Source: Botryllus schlosseri (Eukaryota). Taken from it: a DNA stretch of 64,000 bases. The first letter of the stretch is position 1. The number at the start of each line of letters is the position of its first letter. The DNA lies in the NCBI GenBank assembly GCA_051294905.1, contig CM119371.1:39682001-39746000 (forward strand), read 5' to 3'. Positions 52,655-64,000 of this stretch are shown here, piece by piece. Below the pieces are notes generated by a model. That model made no database searches. It saw nothing but the letters and a program-made list of their open reading frames with translations, and had not been told where the DNA came from. Both the position numbers and the translations under genes were made by a program.

Positions 52655-55453
52655 CAGGGTTGTAATGACTCGAGTCATGACTCGACTCGAGTCAGACTCG
52701 AGTCACGATTTTTTTGTGACTCGATTTGACTCGAGTCGTTTTCTTGAAATTGGAAAATGACTCGACTCGACTCGAGTCAATATTTGGATTGACTCGACTT
52801 GTACACGAGTCATTACGCATGACTCGACCCAAGTCATTGACTCGGCTTATTTTATATGACTTGAAGATAAAGAAATTTGCGAATCGTAATTCGCAGCAAT
52901 TATCAACGCATCTGACGAATTCTGCCGACATCGCTATTTGTCACCACTGCTTTCGTTGCACTCGTCTGATATAAGATATGCCGCCGTAAAAGTAACAGAC
53001 AATGGTACATAGTAGCAATGCATTGCACAAAATCATCCAGTGAGGAAGGGGTAGTAGATCTTCCGCAATCAAAGTACTCAAGACTATACAATCAAACAAT
53101 CGAAACAAAGTTCAATTAGGGCCAATGAAATGAGATGGTCAAATACTTGCAAGAGACTGATAAGCTCATGTGCGGATTTGATGGTGATGATCCTTTGCAT
53201 TTTTGGGCGACTAGAAAGAATGAGTATCCAATGCTCTTCAGTGTGGCTCAAAAATGCTGGTCAATTCCTGCATCTAGTGCACCAGTGGAACGTAGATGTG
53301 GATTTATTATAAGTCCATGACGCTTTAACACAGTGGTTCCCAACCTTTTCGGTGGCAGGGCCAAATTTAGAATTTCAGAGTACCTTCGGGGCCGCACGAA
53401 TACCAGGGCAGTGAAAGGAACCCAAAATAGTCACCAACATATGAAAATTCGCATTGCTCCGTCATTCGCTTGGCGCCATTGGCCATTGTGTTGCCGCGCT
53501 CCCGTTGATCAGAACAATCAACCTTTGCTGGCTATTTCGGAGTAGTTTTATTGCCCTGGCTAGATTTCAATTCGTATTTTTGGAATCAGTGCGACACCTC
53601 CTTTCGATAAATACCGTCATATCAAATTATTCGGACGCTTGGTTCGCCAGTCATTTAGGCGCATATGGTCAATTATAGCTATATATATTTTGTACATACA
53701 TAACGAAGTTTCCGGTCAGCGTAAGGGTGGTCCTTTTCGGCCAAGGTTTTCTCGCTGTCGATCGTTCTGGCACACTTCTTGGAGTCGCATGTTATATGGC
53801 CCAAAACTTTATATGTCTTCGTGCGTCGTGACGTGGAAATGGCCAACGCCGATATGCCCACTTCTATAAATCTTGCGTATTTTATCATGGTGGAAGAGTA
53901 GGCTATCCCATAATTAAGATACTTTAAAACTTGAGATCGTGCACCTCACGAATTTTTTTGGAAATAGTAGCATAAAATTTCAAAAAATATTTTATAATTC
54001 ATGCTAATTCACTAAATAATTTTGGGCGCCCTTCGAGCTCGTTCCCCCCAATTGGGGAACTTGGGGTGCGGCAGTTACGGTCCTGTCAATGCCTATATCT
54101 ATACCTATATCTATAGGTACTGCTTGTTCAACTGGAAAGTTAGGGCACATTGCATTGAAACAGCAGTGACGTAATCTTAGCAGTCTACTCACGATTTTCC
54201 TGCAATCATAATTGAAAACTCCAGACTCCAAGCCAAGCAAGAGTATTTTATAAATATAATTTTTTTTACTAAATCGATTTATCAATATTTTTGTGGGGGT
54301 CGCAGAAAGGCTAGCTGGGGGCCGCATGCGGCCCTCGGGGCCGCGGTTGGGAATCACTGCTTTAACATATCTGAGGATCTCCCTTTCACTTTAGTATTTT
54401 TGAAGTGTAACTCATAGATTTGATCTGCTGTCTGTGAAAACACACAGTTAAGGCAGTTAAGGAAAATAAGAAGAATATCGGCCTGGTCTAGATGACCATA
54501 GTAGTCGACAAACACCATGAATAGCCCAAAACAAACAAACAAACCCTGATAACTTCGCTTTTTCTAGTTGGAATTGAGTCAAATTTGCTATGAATCATGT
54601 TTTTACACAATCTAACCATATCACGAGGTAGCCGGAAAAATTCGAAAATCTCTATTTGTAATTAATCCAAAATTTCCTCTCATAGCATTGCTTTCTACTG
54701 GTTGGGATTGAGCCAAATTTAGGTTCTTTTAGGAGCGTCCTTTTTGAGAATTTTTGGTAAATGTAGGGCAAATTCGACTAAGATACAGTAAATCAGCACT
54801 GAAGTAACGCTCCGGTGGCTATTTCTTGAGCTGAGCAGGAAAGTTGACCTTTTTTTCAGGGAACTACCTGATAATGTGAAAGAAAAACGGTACCTCTACA
54901 TCTACATCAACATGCATAAGTTGATTGTCTATCAGCTGATATCCACACGTGAATTCGTTGGTTATCCATAAGCTATTTGTGAGCTGTCGTCTATGTGCTC
55001 GTAATAAAAACTGAATGCTTGTATTTGTGATGTATCAGACTGACGACAAGACAGATATTTGATTTAAAGTTCTACGATTAGTTAAGTTATCATATTGGCG
55101 GGCTGTCTCGTCTATCTGTAGCATCGGTAAATCAGGACAGGAACTGTCCGTTATCTGCCTAAATATACATGTGCCAAGACCGTGGTAGGGACAAAATAAG
55201 CATGTTTGGCAAGCAAGGAATTCGATATAGCCCTAGCAGGATTGATAACATAAGTTAAACATGATTTCAATGCTGCGACTTGGACTCGGACTCGAGTCAT
55301 AACACTATGACTCGGACTTGACCCTTTAAACGGTGACTTGGACTCGGACTCGAGTCGGTGATGAATTGAAAATGACTCGACTTGACTCGAGTCAAAACCA
55401 GAAAAGTAAGATTGACTCGTGACTCGGAACCATGTGACTTGGTTACAACCCTG
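52655..55453 (+). mobile_element. Non-autonomous hAT element, copy 2 (same family as 24067-26746)
   Basis: Same TIRs, perfect TSD GTTGATGC, and dimerisation-domain relic DPLHFWATRKNEYPML...IPASSAPVER. Confidence 0.92.
53331..54359. mobile_element. hAT (Buster-type) MITE nested in copy 2
   Basis: CAGTGGTTCCCAACC...GGTTGGGAATCACTG with perfect TSD CTTTAACA. Confidence 0.92.
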
Positions 55454-56258
55454 GTTGATGCACATCATTGAATTCGGTTGATTAACTGCTTGATTAATCA
55501 ACAGCTTTCAGGGTCGCCTAGTTTGATATGACTAAGATTGCGGATTCAGGCTTTAACTTCGCGCAATTATCCCATAATCTATAAAAGTTACCATCACTTG
55601 ATCGTAAGATCCAGATAAAAAGAAGTGCACTATTGAAGACGGTGTCACTATCAGATCAAAAAACAAACTCACTCAACATAATTGATTTCGTGTAAGCCAT
55701 CGAACGGCACATACCGTTGCTTGCTTCGTAAACTTTGCAGGATAACAGCTGAGCGCGAAGGCCTGCATTTTTGAACAGTGAAAATTCATTGACAGATCAA
55801 GTATCATTTTACAATTACGGTTGCATTTCTTTTCCATTTTCCAGTCCATTCCTATATGCATGATATTTGTTAAAATTGGCCTACGAGTTTTGAAGTCCGC
55901 GCTAATTGATTGTTCGTAATCAAGCATACATTAAAATACGCAGCGAATTTTTGCGATATGACGATTCAGGTACTTATTTCCCAGCAACTATATCAACTGC
56001 GACTTGATTTTGGATTCAGATGGAAACTTGTTTTATATCCATCGGAAATATATTTTTCCTATCCTTTCCCTTGGCTAGTTGCATATGATTCAATCAGCAC
56101 CAAGTTACTCATGATTATACAATGCCGCATACATTGATCTCAGTCAACGAGATATATGTTTGGCGAAAGTCACCGAGCGATATGATTTGTTTGTTTCCGT
56201 TGCTTTCGCAACATTGCGTGAACGTTAACGAATTGACATTGCTACATATTCACTATGA

Positions 56259-57682
56259 CAGTGGTTCTCAACCGGGGGTCCGCGGACCCCTAGGGGTCCG
56301 CGAAGCAATTTCAGGGGGTCCGCGAGACCTCTAAATTTTTAAAATGGTTGATAACGTAATTTTTATTTTATTTATTAATTTGAGAAAGCATGAGGCAGTT
56401 TCGCACCACAACTGCTATAACCTCATGACTCATATCATCATAATATTCGTTTGACATGAACTATCGTAGTGTGGAAATTCATTTTCATTGCCAATTTTCC
56501 AATAACTTGCCGATACAAACATATTGCTGTCTAGAGACGTTTTGTTGAGGTTTCTTGACAAAATAAAAATATGGAGATAGTAAGGTCAACAAGGGGGACT
56601 TCGTTATGTCTTCTCGATTTGAAGTTGTCAGTCTCATCAAATTAGTGAACAGTCGTTTGAAATAAAAATTTCCGAAGTATTTCCCCAATTTGTACCAATG
56701 CAGGGATTAAAACCTCGCCACGAAATCCATTTAATCCTGCGATATACATAACCACTATTTGAACAGCTTCTTGGAGGTACAGAACTTCAATATAAAACTG
56801 AATAGTATATTCATATTGAAAGGAACCCGAATATTGTCGGCTGACAGTCGTCATAAATCGGACGATGCTGCTTTTGAAGCTCGACTATCAGATTTGGCGC
56901 ATTCTTATTGCGGATGTCCTATCTACAAAGCTGTTTATTGATGAACAAGGAGTATTTCGTTGCTATCAAAGCATTACGCTCCAACCTTGAAATTTATATC
57001 ACCAGTTATATGGGTATGCAGCCTTGTCTTGTTAATGTTCAATTGTTCATGGTCGAAAATGTTCGCTCGTAAATATATTATAAACCCGAACAGAACAAGT
57101 CGTTTCATGACAGTCTTCCTCAGGTTGGAAAACATGGTTCCATTATTTGGCGCATAAAATGAGTCTATACTATTACATTAGGCTTTCACTTTGACGGTAG
57201 GAACTCTCTGCGGGCCGATCAAAATGCCGTTGCGGGCGGGATCCGATCCGCGGTCTGTATGTTGCCCGTCCCTGCGCTAAATGCTGGACGTTATATGTTC
57301 ATAAAATTTATGTTTTTTCATTTTGGTGCCATAAATGTTGCGATCACACCAAAAGTATCGTCGGAAGCGTTATGCGTTAATACTGCATTAGCCTCCATCT
57401 ATATTTGCGGAAATGGTTTTCGGACCCCCTCATTCATATCAAAACGAGGACGCGGATTTTCAAGACACGACCATGTACATGTAAATAATCAAAGTCTACA
57501 AATTTATTTTTAAGAAAAATAATGATTTTGTTGTTTATCACAAGCATACAGTTCATATTTGCACAAGACAGATGAAGGTTGCACCATAATAGAGCTAAAA
57601 TTGAACTAAAACTTGAGGGGGTCCGCGAGGGTCCGTGACGGTCAAAAGGGGTCCGCGAAGCCAAAAAGGTTGAGAACCACTG
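56259..57682. mobile_element. hAT (Buster-type) element with GGGGTCCGCG repeats; contains a decayed Charlie/SPIN-like transposase fragment on the minus strand (~57000-57150)
   Basis: CAGTGGTTCTCAACC...GGTTGAGAACCACTG with perfect TSD CACTATGA. Minus-strand fragments FSNLRKTVMKRLVLFG and LNINKTRL; a nested element end at ~57275. Confidence 0.85.
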
Positions 57683-58150
57683 CACTATGAGAAAACTTCG
57701 AAATTTGTAACGTCGAATTCATGGCGATACAGAGTTTGTAACATAAAACGGCGAAGTGGAAGCGTCCATTACAGAATGAAATGTTCACGAATTATTTAAA
57801 TGCTGAGCCGAGCAATACCGTTTGTGCTGGCGGGGCGGCTGCCCTCTTAGAACCCTAAATTATTCAAATTGTAAATCCAAATTACCCGCAGCCTTTGATG
57901 TTTCTTCGATATCATTAGGGACGGGGAAACAATTACTGAAAATTTAACAAAATATCATATTGGTGATAAGTTTCTGTATAAATCGTATAGGATCTTCCGA
58001 GGTATTTCAAATTCTTAGTGTATTCAAACACATTTCTGATTCCAGTAGAGTTTGTTAACACATTTCAGATAGCGGAATCTGCTCAATGTCAGCGGTATAT
58101 GGTGGCAATCTTGCTCAGTATGCCGAGAACACAGTGTAATATCCCTACAG

Positions 58151-58519
58151 TAGGCTTACCATATTTCGGAAATGAAAAAAGAGGACACTTTTTCAGAAAT
58201 TTCAGACATGCAAAACTGGAGATGAATTCTCAAAAACTGGTAAATTTCACCCGCTTCATGATCGGTTGACTAAAAAAAAAAGGTCTTCATTTCGCTCAGA
58301 GCTGAAATCACCGCTTTTTCCTCCGAAATACCCGCCGGAGCTTCACTTCTGCGCCAATTTGCGGCATATCACTCGCAATTTCCTCTATATCTGACCTAAA
58401 TTTTCAAAAAAGAGGACAAAATCTCAAAAAAGAGGACAAAAGGGCGTCCTCCGAGGACACTTTCAAAAAAGTCAAAAAAGAGGACAAATCCTCTTAAAAG
58501 AGGACGTATGGTAAGCCTA
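58151..58519. mobile_element. hAT (Blackjack-like) MITE, opposite orientation to 51725-52050
   Basis: TAGGCTTACCATA...TATGGTAAGCCTA with perfect TSD CCCTACAG and AAAAGAGGAC repeats. Confidence 0.92.
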
Positions 58520-59422
58520 CCCTACAGTATCAAATTATAAAATCCTAAGATATTGTCTGTAAATTAGTGCAGGCTATTAAACTGGTTTTACCAATACTGG
58601 GACATTCAATTATATTCAGTTCCTACCAAATAAGATTTCATCTCATGGGTATGGTGTGCCAGTACAGCGGAATGGGCTCGTTTCTCACTATAGAGGTTAC
58701 CTGTAGCATTTGCAGGAAACCAGTAATGAGATTAGAATTATAGCATTTGAGCAATATGCCAAACATAAATGCATACACCAATGACTTAGTTTGCACAATG
58801 CACATGAATATAGTTTGCACATGAATGCTTCAGACGTAAAAAAGTGCAATTTATGGTACGGAGCCTGCGCATTGTGCGCAATCATGGAAACGTAAGATCG
58901 ACACCTGCTGGACAACAAATATCCGTTCTAGGTATTCCGAAATCAATATATAATTTGCTAATCATTAGTGAAATATTGTGCCGAACTACTTTCTTGAAAG
59001 TTGACAATTGTACGGTTTCTTACTGAAATGATTGCGATAACTGACTGGCCGTGACCTATCTTCTGATTACTAGCAATCGTATTCGCAAACTGTTTTTTTT
59101 TGTTGCTAAGTTCAATATACACGATTGATGTGATAGAGAGAGAGAGAGTCTTTATTTCATCGAACCAAAATACATAACAAACGGCAGTGATGGTGGTACA
59201 GAAAATATGCGTATGCGTACACAGTATTCGGTATTAGATAGGAATGATCGATAAGACCGTGAAGGTCATCTAGTCTGATCACACCAGCATCAAACAGGTA
59301 CACTTGACTCAGAACAGTCTGGCTGTAAAAAGTGTTTAGTTAGGAAAGGAAAATAGAAAAAAATTAAAAAATGGTAGCAAATGATCAATGAAGCAATGTC
59401 TGGGCGAGGTAGGGCAACAGTG

Positions 59423-62400
59423 TTAGTGTAACGACAAGAGGTGATCAAGTAGGGCTTTTTTGAATCTATTATAAGGCAATTCACGGATATGTGATGGCAA
59501 TGCATTCCAGATGATAGGTCCCGAGTAGTCGATAGATCTCTTAGTTAGGTTGCTATTGGGTTGGGGTAAGTAGACGTTTCCTTTAGACCAGTGGTTCTTA
59601 ACCTTTTTTCGTCCAGCGCCCCCTTTCAAAAATTATCGTGCTCCAGCGCCCCCCAACTTCATATTGTGAGGAATGTAATAAAGACAATAAGTAAGAGGGA
59701 GGGCCGTAACAGCACTTCGTCAATCCCCCCCCCCCCCATAAACGAATGCATTGCGCACCAATAGCGTGATAAACCAAACTTCTGAGGGCTTCGCCCCCAC
59801 GAACCCCATAACGTGATTTCGATGGTCAGCAAAGTTTGTGTGGCCTGGTCGCCCTAGGTAACAAAATCTTCTATAATGCATGAATGAATAGGTGGTAATT
59901 ACATATATAAGTCGCTATAAACTTTTTATCCTCTCAGCCCACGTAATCAGATTTACCAGTAGCGCTGAGTGAGCCTGTAGGTAAAATTATTCGTTACCAG
60001 GGCCGTAACAGCACTTCGTCAGCCCCCCCCCCAAAACAAAAAACGTTGGTCCTGGGCCCCATCGGGTGATAAACCAAACTTCCGGGGACTTCACCCCCAG
60101 ACCCCCATTCGACTGTCCGCTATTTGCTGATACACTCTCGCTTAAACGCGCGAAGCGCGGAAAATTTCACTAATTAATGATTGAAATTGGTCAATATGGT
60201 CGGGAATTGCATGTATATTGAGATCAATTTTTATCCTCTCTCTGCTCACGTAAACAGATTTACCGGTAGAGCTAAATGATGTGTGTTTGAAAAGGTAGGA
60301 CCCCTCAATAATAATTATACATCATCGGGCGTATACCCGTTTGCAGGAACGAAACGTCACTTCGTCAGGCCCCCGAAAAAACTTGGGTCTTGGGCTCCCA
60401 TAGGGTGATAAACCGACCGCCCCCCTCACGTTGTTCGCTTTTGCCACGGAATCAGCTGTTCTGTTTTGCGAGCCAGTGCGAAGCGCAAAAACTTTCGATA
60501 ATTCATGCTAAAATCGGTCAGTAAGACCGGGGATTGCAAATATATTGCTATCAATTTCTTGTCGTCTCTGCTCACGTTACCAGATTTACCGGTAGAGCTG
60601 AGTGAGATGCAATGTTCCCTCAAAGCTGCGCACGTGCGCAGTGCTGACACCGTCTCTGCGCACAGAAAATCTACGTTGCTCACAACAAATCCGAAGATAT
60701 GACCTTTTTTTAGTCGTTACGCACTGTTGTCCAAGGGTCAGCGCAGTGAGTTGTTGAGTGTGCGCAGACTCATCAAAACTTGAAGCGAACATTGTGAGGG
60801 GTCTTGGAAACTGTAAGGCCCGTAACTAATAATTAAACATATTTGGGCGGGTGAACCCGTTAATATGACTTCGTTGCATGATGTTATTTCGTGACCTCAT
60901 GTCTGCAATATCAAAAAATATAGAATCGCATAACAGGGATATCGCCCAACAGGAATATCCCTGTCGCCCAATCGTACTAAACTAAGAGACACACACGATT
61001 TCAAATTGGTATTTCTTCACTGGCATAAAATTTTTCCCTGCCAGATGGAATTCGTGTTCTGGGTGTTCAGATTGCCAAGACAGGAACATTCGGTGCCCGT
61101 CATTTAGGCGCCCATGGACAATTAAACCTATATGTACTTTGAAGGCTATATATAACGAAGTTTTCGGTGTTAATTTGTTCTGAATACTCATTAAGGATAT
61201 GTCCTATCAACACATCATCTACTGCGAAGCCATTTTTCTCCAGCGCCCCCCATACCGCCCCCCTGAGCCCAGCGCCCCCCATATCGCCCCCTGAGCGTTT
61301 CCGCCCCCCTTCAAAATCGCCAGCGCCCCCTGGGGGGCGCTGGGAGCAAGGTTAAGAACCACTGCTTTAGACGAAGATCTCGTGTAATGGGAATGGACAT
61401 GTTTAGCAGGTATGAAAAAGTCATCAAACACAGGAGGGAGACTATTGGAAAAATATTTGTGAACAACTTTTGATACTTCGAAGCGATACAGTTCATCAAC
61501 TCGCAAAATTCGATGCTTACGGTAGTAAGGCGATAAATTGGTACGTAAAGGTACAGATGAAATCAGCCGTATCGCACGGTTTTGCAGGGTTCGAATTCTG
61601 CACAAAAATGTTGTACATGCATTTCCCCAAACTACGATTCCATATTGCAGATGCGAGTGGAAAAGAGAGAAGTAGATGGTTCGTAGTACTGATCTGGAAA
61701 CCAAAGATTGGAGACGGGTCATTATTCCCACACACCGAGCTAGTTTTGATATTGTGCATTCAATATGCTGCTTCCAAGACAATTTGGAATCAATGGAGAC
61801 GCCGAGATATTTTGCTGACTCACATATTGAGATTTGTTTATGATTGATGTTCACAGTGAAATTATGACTGGCATTATTTAAAACGAGCATCTCGGTCTTA
61901 TCTGCATTCAAACTTAGTTTGTTTGCTTGCAGCCATCTCGACACTTTTGGGAGTTCCCTATTCACAGATGCATGCAAATCATCGACAGTGTTGGGGGTTA
62001 TGAAGAGGTGAGTATCATCAGCAAATAGCGTTGTGCGGAATAAAGATGCATTAGCAATGTCGTTAATATAAATGAGGAAAAAAGTCGGTCCAAGGACTGA
62101 GCCTTGTGGCACTCCACAAGTTATATCTCTGGTAGTCGTTCTTAATGTCCCCAGTTTAACAAATTGTTTGCGGTTTGCCAGGTAGCTTTCAAGTAGAGTT
62201 GCTGCAATACCCCTGATCCCATAGTGTTCTAGCTTGTATCTTAAGATTTTGTGGTTAACAGTGTCGAAAGCTTTGCGGAGATCGATAAAAATGCTGCAGC
62301 CACTTTCTTTTTGCTTGATGGTTTTGTAATAGTCCGTTACAATTGATAGTATTGCATGGTTGGTGTTGTGGTTGGATCTGAATCCATGCTGAGTCGGAGA

Positions 62401-63400
62401 CAGTACTGCATTCAATTCAAAAAAGTTCTTAAGTCGGCAGTCAATCAGTTTCTCAAAAACCGTGGCAAGATTTGGCAAAACAGATATTGGTCGGTAGTTA
62501 GAAATTAGCTTTTTACAGCCTTTCTTAAACACTGGCATTACTCTGGCAGTTTTCAGTGCATCTGGGAAAATGCCTAGACGTATCGACTCATTAAAGAAAA
62601 TGCATATAACATCACCAATAATATTAAAGACTAGCTTCAGAAAGTGAGTTGGGATGAGATCGGGTCCTACTGCTTTGTTACTTTTCATTTCAGATAATAC
62701 GATCGCAACTTCTCCTTTGCTTGTCGGCTCAAGAAAAATGGATTTCTGAGGGCCAGGACTCAAGTACGAGAGAAAGTCATCGGAGGAGTTTGGTATTGAA
62801 GCTGCAAGATCCGGACCAATGTTGCAAAAATACTGATTGAACTTTTCTGCTACTGCAAGCTGGTCTTTGATAACGCTGCCATTCTCGAGTAGCTGGATGT
62901 CATCAGTACTCTTGGGAGCATTACCTTTAGTTAGGTTGATAATTTCTCCAATGGTTTTCCATGTGTTCTTGGGATCTTTGGAGCACTCTTCGAATCTTTT
63001 TTGGAAGTATGCTTTTTTGGCATTTTCTTTCATATGCGTCACTTGGTTTGCATATTTTTTGTACACTTTTTTGCCTTCGATGGTGCCTTGCAGATAGTAG
63101 TGCTTATGCATCCAATCCCTTGTTTTGATCGCAACCAGTATGTCATAACCAATCCAGGGTTTCGATTTCAAGCGCCTTGCATTGCGGTTGACTTTCCTAA
63201 TTGGGAAAGATGTGTCGAGGGCTGCCCGCAGTTCCTCAATAAATTTTTCAAAATGGCAGTTGTAGTTGTCAGTTGTGAGTGGAGGAATTTTGTAATTGTT
63301 GAAGGTATTGCTGACAATTTCAATATACTCCTCTATAGGAATGTTGAGGTTAATAGAAAAGCAGTTCAATGCTTGACTCATCCCAGCCCGCGGGGTGGAA
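59423..63400 (-). pseudogene. LINE ORF2 reverse transcriptase split by a hAT insertion
   Basis: Motifs KPWI, YRPISVLP, QHGFR, DLRKAFDTV, GVPQGSVLGP, FADDT and KYLGV. The true C-terminus ...YTRSSSK|GNVYLPQP...GPIIWNALP...LLSLH* resumes at 59580-59423. Confidence 0.92.
59589..61364. mobile_element. hAT (Buster-type) non-autonomous element with internal ~300-350-bp tandem units
   Basis: CAGTGGTTCTTAACC...GGTTAAGAACCACTG with perfect TSD CTTTAGAC and AGCGCCCCC subterminal repeats. Confidence 0.93.
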
Positions 63401-63536
63401 ATGATCATATGTAACAAATTTTCTTTACACCTGAAATTTGACCTGAAGGTCAAAACCCATGTCGTGAGGCGTCACTCAGAGGTTCTCAAACTTTCTAGAG
63501 CGTCACACAAATCGGACTGTTACAATATCTCACGGC

Positions 63537-64000
63537 TAGGGCTGGGCAAAATCGAGTACCTGAGTGATTCGATTCTGAATCACGTAATATATGCTTCGAG
63601 TCGACACGTCATTACAGAATGTAAAACGTCTAGGTTCAAATACGTACCTTTTATGCGACCACAAATAATGTAATGCCTGCTTTCCATCACATTTAAGATA
63701 CTTTGGTATTAATTCGACCATATCGATTTCATTGCACTTGGTGACAATGTTGTGGGATGATCATGACTGCGGAAATGTGCAACTCTCAGCAACGTACATA
63801 CATATCTTTGTACTATATATTTCGTATGTTACGATACGTACAATCAAGGTTTCAGAGCTTCAACAGTGAAAATCTGTTTCGAAAATATCATTTTCCTTGC
63901 TAATTTATCTTTCTGTGGCGAGGAGCGTACAATTTCAGTACTCGAGAAATCACATTTTACTACTCGACTCTAATCATTAAAGTTAATACTGAATTCAGAT
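63537..64000. mobile_element. hAT-type MITE (reverse copy of the 10053-10510 family), running off the window
   Basis: Starts TAGGGCTGGGCAAAATCGAGTACCTGAGTGATTC. Confidence 0.75.

Larger units (their letters stand above)
59134..63400 (-). mobile_element. 5'-truncated L2/CR1-group LINE
   Basis: Reverse transcriptase ORF; 3' UTR ending AATAAAGA(CT)n at ~59134-59156. The 5' boundary is approximate. Confidence 0.88.

Noticed and set aside
24067..55453. Segmental duplication
   Set aside because: Similarity stops exactly at the TIRs and each copy has its own TSD.
61219..61364. Gly/Ala-rich C-terminal domain of the 744-aa RT ORF
   Set aside because: It is read-through into the inserted hAT terminus.

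Overview
AT-rich eukaryotic (animal) genomic DNA. No prokaryotic operons, rRNA or CRISPR arrays are visible. The repeat landscape and gene style suggest a marine invertebrate, possibly an ascidian (inference only). Most of the window is transposon-derived: many hAT-type MITEs with 8-bp target-site duplications (TSDs), often nested 3-4 deep, a decayed Academ element, an EnSpm/CACTA transposase, two near-identical CACTA MITEs, P-element/THAP relics, a tRNA-derived SINE, an L2/CR1-type LINE split by a hAT element, and a 1.5-kb minisatellite that expanded inside a MITE. Small GT-AG exons on the minus strand form one or two NLR-like leucine-rich-repeat (LRR) genes. Gene A starts MAEGG at 45614, has no visible NACHT exon, and is disrupted in exon 2. 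Gene B is a 3' portion at 4000-7069 with a 1-nt frameshift. The most unusual item is the exon-2 insertion (44391-45195), a miniature non-coding LTR retroelement whose 3' LTR folds back on itself. It integrated with two copies of the same LTR end, giving perfect 34-bp terminal inverted repeats (TIRs) and an intact 4-bp TSD. All calls come from reading the sequence by eye; family assignments rely on remembered motifs and need database confirmation.
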